A DNA stretch of 49,120 bases from a virus. Lineage: Duplodnaviria > Caudoviricetes. Positions 45,024 through 49,120 of the stretch are shown here, piece after piece (position 1 is the stretch's first letter; each line of letters starts with the position of its first letter). The position numbers and the translations under genes were made by a program. The notes under the pieces were generated by a model, which searched no databases, was not told where the DNA came from, and worked only from the letters and a program-made list of their open reading frames with translations. The stretch covers positions 1-49,120 of IMG/VR virus record IMGVR_UViG_3300012940_000034. One strand, given 5' to 3'.

Positions 45024-45239
45024 CGTAAAAGTGTGTAGGGTGTGTAGGGTCAGTGTAGGTTACAAAACGATAACCTACACACTGTTTCCGCAGGTCATAG
45101 TATATATTTTTTATTTTGTGTAGGGAGTGTAGGGTAATATAGAAATTAGTTCTTATTGAAAAACGCAGGAAATTCTCTTAGAGAAAAAACTTCAGAATGT
45201 AGGGTAAACCTACACACTACTTAGCATACCTAAGCTTTG
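45024..45239. repeat. 216-bp repeat copy 2
   Basis: Direct repeat of 31525-31740. Confidence 0.9.
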
Positions 45240-45730
45240 GAGTTGTCGGCTACCGGGGACCGCCGGTTCGCGTAGTCGAGCGCGTTCCGCCACGGATCGT
45301 TGGCGCTGGAGTGCTCCCCGACCACGGCGGCCGGGGCGAGAGCAGCGGCCAGCTTGTCGGCCCACTCGATCGCCTCGTCGCGCTCCTTGATCACATCGAG
45401 CATCGCGCGCTCGTGCTCCTCGCCGGAGACAGGCGCGAGAGTGTCGGCCGCCGGGGGCCGGGACGGGGCGGCGAGCTCGGCCAGCACAGGCTCCAGCGAC
45501 TCGGCTACGTCGCGGGCGTCTTTCCACAGTTGTTCGATCACGCGGAGCTTGTTGCCCGCGCGGTCCTCGCTCATGTCGAGCGTGTACGTGCCGGGCAGGC
45601 CGTTGAGCTTCGCGATCGCCAGCCGCACGGTCTCGCGCGGGTCGGTTCGGGTGTCGTTGTTGTCGGCCGGGGTTCGGTTCACGGTGCCGCCACCGGTGGG
45701 CATGCGGCGGAAGATCTGGACTTCATGCAT
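45230..45730 (-). CDS. high-GC hypothetical protein (recent acquisition)
   Basis: AGGAG RBS; G/C third codon positions dominate; WADKLA...GEHSSANDPW motif. Confidence 0.75.
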   Translation of the reverse strand: MHEVQIFRRMPTGGGTVNRTPADNNDTRTDPRETVRLAIAKLNGLPGTYTLDMSEDRAGNKLRVIEQLWKDARDVAESLEPVLAELAAPSRPPAADTLAPVSGEEHERAMLDVIKERDEAIEWADKLAAALAPAAVVGEHSSANDPWRNALDYANRRSPVADNSKA

Positions 45731-45799
45731 TGGGTGTCTCCTGTGGACGGTTGCGGCGGCTGTGCCTTATTGATGTACTGCTGAAGCTTGAACATTCAA

Positions 45800-45923
45800 T
45801 CAAGCCTTTCAATCAACTCAAGCCTTTCCAATATCGCTCAAGCCTTTCAATCGACTCAAGCCTTTCAAATATCGCTCAAGCCTTTCAATCAACTCAAGCC
45901 TTTCCAATATCGCTCAAGCCTTT
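45800..45923. repeat. tandem array, 7 x TCAAGCCTTT with alternating 18/20-bp units
   Basis: Spacers AATCAAC/AATCGAC alternate with CAATATCGC/AAATATCGC. Confidence 0.92.
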
Positions 45924-45963
45924 ACATTTCTACGTACATGTCCTACGTCGCACTTAAAGTTTC

Positions 45964-46215
45964 TTAAGCCCCCAACACCCCTCGAATCGCCGTGTAGGTC
46001 ACGATTTTCGCTTCAAGATCCTTCGTACTTACACTCGCGTCATTCTTCACTGAGATGCTCAAGCGCGTCAAGCATATGTCGCATCTGAAAGCCTTCGAAC
46101 TTTGCTTCGCAAGCCCGCATACTGACGCATCGTGCCTCAACTCGTCACGATCAACTAGCACATGACACATAGCACTTAGGCCATCACACTCTGTAACGAG
46201 CCTTCGTTCGCTCAC
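45964..46215 (-). CDS. hypothetical Cys/His-rich protein
   Basis: C...CH...CG...CDIC. Confidence 0.5.
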   Translation of the reverse strand: MSERRLVTECDGLSAMCHVLVDRDELRHDASVCGLAKQSSKAFRCDICLTRLSISVKNDASVSTKDLEAKIVTYTAIRGVLGA

Positions 46216-46477
46216 ATCATGAGCCTACCGCAAGAGAGCAAGCGGCACAAGCCCCAATCTCAATCTCACTTCGCCCTACCTCCTTCGCTCATGCCCACAT
46301 GCTTTCATGCACACACGCCAGGTGTCAAGGGATATTTCTAGGGCCCTGAGGCCCTCGTAGAGCGCCTGAAAGTCCTCCCCGGTGTCCTAACCCTCGGGAG
46401 CTGAAAAAGTCCGTGAAAATGCCTTCGGGTGGGGTAAAAACGACGTGCTATGCACACGCGAGCTTGAGCGCACGCAT

Positions 46478-46514
46478 GAAAAGACCCCCTCACCTATCGA
46501 TGAAGGGGTCTCTC
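46478..46514 (-). terminator. intrinsic terminator
   Basis: Minus strand GAGACCCCTTCA...TGAGGGGGTCTTTT. Confidence 0.7.
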
Positions 46515-46618
46515 TCACACATACCACCTAGCAGTAGCCTCTTCCACTCAGAAGCATACTCATTAGCACGCGTGCGTACTCTCGTGCCTCGTGCGCATGC
46601 CTACCGCTAGTGTTCATG

Positions 46619-46759
46619 TCAGTCTTTCCTCACGTACGCCGTTGCCGCCCCAAACTCATCGGCAAGGTTGTCTGCAATCCTGTCGGCAAGCGCTCGATTA
46701 GGGATGTCCGAGACAAACAAAATGTCCTTTACCCCGTCATGATACCAAACAGAGTACAT
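46619..46759 (-). CDS. hypothetical protein
   Basis: GAGGTG RBS before MYSVWYHDG. Confidence 0.5.
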   Translation of the reverse strand: MYSVWYHDGVKDILFVSDIPNRALADRIADNLADEFGAATAYVRKD

Positions 46760-46763
46760 CACT

Positions 46764-46985
46764 TCACCTCGATTCGACTCGAACGATCTCACTAACCCTA
46801 CCAGCCCTGGTGAGCGTGATCTCCACCAAAGCACCCTTTTGATCACCAAGGAGGTTCTCGACCTCGTAGTTGCACGATGCGTCACTGCTCGTGATGAAGC
46901 TACCTCGGTCCGTGTGCAGCCGCCAGCGAGGGTTGCCCGACGCGCTGTTGTTCAAGCGCTCAGCCCAACGCAACACCGTGATCAT
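46764..46985 (-). CDS. hypothetical protein
   Basis: RLNNSASGNPRW motif; coupled to upstream gene. Confidence 0.65.
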   Translation of the reverse strand: MITVLRWAERLNNSASGNPRWRLHTDRGSFITSSDASCNYEVENLLGDQKGALVEITLTRAGRVSEIVRVESR

Positions 46986-47239
46986 GATCGTTTCACCTTC
47001 ACACTAATCTTGACATTCCTACTCAACGCCATAATAGCCCACACGGGCATCCCAAGCAACGTCAGCATCATCCCGACGAAAGGCATGTTGACGAGCAACA
47101 GCGCATACACCATGACCCCCAACCACAGCAGGGTCGAGCGCGTCGCCTTGCTCAAGAGCGCGTACTGCGCATAGAACTTCACAGTTCCAAACGTCAGTGT
47201 CAGCGTCTCTTTCCATGTCTCGCGTAGTGTGTTGCTCAT
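46982..47239 (-). CDS. membrane protein
   Basis: GGAGG RBS; two TM segments. Confidence 0.6.
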   Translation of the reverse strand: MSNTLRETWKETLTLTFGTVKFYAQYALLSKATRSTLLWLGVMVYALLLVNMPFVGMMLTLLGMPVWAIMALSRNVKISVKVKRS

Positions 47240-47509
47240 CGCTTCGGTCCTCCATACACATGCACCCTACCACCAGCGAGAATGAGGCGCACGTGCTCTT
47301 CCGGCGTCCTCGCCCCACACTTACAACGTTTCGATGCCATGGGCGCTCTCTACCTATCATGTGAACGATATGAAGCAGGGTCTTAACGACGCGGTGCGCC
47401 GAGTCCCAGAGGTTCAGGATTCGATCTCCTGATAACCTACCTGCCCTGGGTTCTACGTGGGGCTAGGTGCGTTTGCTGCGTACGCCTTGAGCGTCCCAGC
47501 CCCCATCAC

Positions 47510-47848
47510 TCACACGAAGCGAGGCTCGCGCATCCCCTCGCCATCAACCAGCGTCATCATATGCCCATTGAAATCCACCACATCGCCAGGCTCAAGCTCA
47601 ACAACCTTAGGCGCCGGACCAGTCGAATAGGCCGCAATGACAGTAGCAAGCGGCACGATGTAGGCGTACGGCCCGGGGTACTTATCGCCCCCAGTTTCCC
47701 TGCGCGCCTGCCCATCCGGCCCTACAAACCCCAACACCGTGTTCATCGTGCCACGTCGATACACAACGTTCTCAGCCGTCTTCCAGTGGTCCTGCTCATT
47801 TCGAAACAAAGGGTGAGGGACCAGATCGGCTTTGATGACCTTGCTCAT
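47510..47848 (-). CDS. hypothetical protein
   Basis: GGAG RBS before MSKVIKAD; own promoter upstream. Confidence 0.65.
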   Translation of the reverse strand: MSKVIKADLVPHPLFRNEQDHWKTAENVVYRRGTMNTVLGFVGPDGQARRETGGDKYPGPYAYIVPLATVIAAYSTGPAPKVVELEPGDVVDFNGHMMTLVDGEGMREPRFV

Positions 47849-47883
47849 GTGGATCACTCCCGTGTGCTCTGCTGATATAGAAG

Positions 47884-47912
47884 ACACTACTCGCTGAGGT
47901 GATGCGTGTCAA
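47884..47912 (-). promoter_or_regulatory. early-type promoter
   Basis: TTGACA-17-TAGTGT. Confidence 0.7.
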
Positions 47913-48166
47913 GCGTTTTGCTCGGACTCATTCTTGATCATTTCACGGCGCGCTCCCACTAACATGTCATGCGCTACCTGCTCAGCTGTCTCAAGGTCGC
48001 GAATGAATCGCTGCTCACACACGACGGGCCGATACTCATTCTCATATCGCACAGTAGCCACATACCAAGGCATCAGCCCATGGCCCGCCATGAATCCCTG
48101 GCGCACCTCAGCCGTCAGCCTAGCGTTCGTGTCCGTCTTCACAACACGTACCTCGTTCGCAACCAT
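47909..48166 (-). CDS. hypothetical protein
   Basis: GAGGAAGG RBS; own promoter upstream. Confidence 0.65.
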   Translation of the reverse strand: MVANEVRVVKTDTNARLTAEVRQGFMAGHGLMPWYVATVRYENEYRPVVCEQRFIRDLETAEQVAHDMLVGARREMIKNESEQNA

Positions 48167-48208
48167 CGCTATTCCTTCCTCGCGTCCCGCGTGTCCCTAA
48201 CACCTAAG

Positions 48209-48237
48209 ACGCTACGCTTCCCAGCGATGCGTGTCAA
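48209..48237 (-). promoter_or_regulatory. early-type promoter
   Basis: TTGACA-17-TAGCGT; shares TTGACACGCATC with the 47884-47912 promoter. Confidence 0.7.
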
Positions 48238-48242
48238 GCACC

Positions 48243-48695
48243 TCACTCACATGTTTTGGTCGTCTTGGGGTTGTCGTAGAAGTCGCTCTTCACCCAACTA
48301 CCGTCCTCGGCCTGCACGTACCCTTCCTGCCCACGATTCGGGTCATGTGCGTCATTCGACTCAACCGTGTCAGGCTCAGGCTCTGTCTGCGCGCTCGCAT
48401 AGAAGCTCTCAGGCACCCAACTCCCATCCTCTGCCTGCACGTACCGTGTGCTTCCACACGTGTGATTCCCCATGCTCTTACAGTCCCACCCCGACTCATC
48501 CTCATCAATGCGCCCATCACAGTTATCATCACCGGCTTCGCATGAAGGGGCGGGTGAGGACACGGACACTGATGCGGGCGTAGGGGTAGGTGTGGGCGCG
48601 TCCTGCGCACCAATAAACCCAAAGAACCCAACCACCCAAATGGCGATCAAACCAAGCACAGCAGGCATCTCAAGCGTCCTTCCTAGTCGAATCAA
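48243..48695 (-). CDS. membrane-anchored/secreted acidic protein
   Basis: TM, PT linker, GDDNCDGRIDEDESGWDC, 2x YVQAEDGSWV. Confidence 0.7.
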   Translation of the reverse strand: MIRLGRTLEMPAVLGLIAIWVVGFFGFIGAQDAPTPTPTPASVSVSSPAPSCEAGDDNCDGRIDEDESGWDCKSMGNHTCGSTRYVQAEDGSWVPESFYASAQTEPEPDTVESNDAHDPNRGQEGYVQAEDGSWVKSDFYDNPKTTKTCE

Positions 48696-49032
48696 GGGTA
48701 CGTACTGTGTAGCATGCGCTTCCCTGCGCCGTCAAGCTTCCGTCCTGAAGCATCATGGTAAAGGGCCTATATACATCCCTACCTACAGACGCCCCATCAT
48801 ACGCCCCATGTACAGGGCGAGTGGTAGGTGCTGCGCATGTAGGTGCGTGGGTGTATAGCGCACCAGTCAGTGTGAGTACAGGGGTGCACAGCGCAGTAGA
48901 GGCACGCACGCATGGGGGTGTGTGCTGTGCGTGTGCCCTGATGTACATCACAACGACACGATAGCACGTGTTGGGTGTGTGCGCAGCACTGCGCGTGTGC
49001 ACTTTTTTATTTGTGAGATTTGCTACTTTCGC

Positions 49033-49062
49033 TTGCGCGTCGCACTGCGCGTGTGCTAGGAT
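49033..49062 (+). promoter_or_regulatory. rightward promoter near genome end (may read across the joined ends)
   Basis: TTGCGC-18-TAGGAT with extended TG. Confidence 0.45.
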
Positions 49063-49120
49063 TGAGATGCCGCTACGTCTGTGCCCCCAGGGGGGTATCC
49101 CCTACGGGGGTCGCACAGAT

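Noticed and set aside
45800-45923. CRISPR array
   Set aside because: Repeats are 10-11 bp and spacers are 7-9 bp and recurrent, not unique; no cas operon
1-49120. Integrase/attP lysogeny, or stop-codon recoding
   Set aside because: No tyrosine or serine recombinase motifs seen; genes read intact in the standard code and no suppressor anticodon was found

Overview
The window looks like a complete or near-complete ~49 kb siphovirus genome of an actinobacterial host. GC is roughly mid-50s % by eye, and no integrase, recognisable immunity repressor or LysB was found. The left arm (+ strand) carries small terminase, HNH, large terminase, portal, 4 tRNAs with two fibre/LamG-like genes, MuF-like protein, scaffold, capsid, a GT4 glycosyltransferase, head-tail genes, tail tube, chaperones with a GGGGGAA -1 frameshift, tape measure, minor tail proteins (two with paralogous N-termini) and a GH25 lysis cassette. 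The centre (- strand) carries a dNMP kinase and a 14-member tRNA operon behind a consensus promoter. That operon is interrupted by an HNH gene and by two structured non-tRNA RNA candidates (~204 and ~100 nt), and is preceded by SSB, a PD-(D/E)XK exonuclease and endonuclease VII. The right-centre (+ strand) encodes prim-pol/SF3 helicase, family A DNA polymerase, dCMP deaminase, a PRTase, an RlaP-like nucleotidyltransferase, a methyltransferase stub, ThyX, RusA, class II RNR and a sigma-like protein. The right end (- strand) has small genes behind TTGACA promoters. The most unusual items are the structured RNAs in the tRNA operon, a 216-bp iteron-rich element present twice 13.5 kb apart, a 7-copy alternating 18/20-bp repeat array beside a high-GC foreign gene, and LexA-box-like sites in phage promoters. 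All calls are from reading the sequence; no searches were run.
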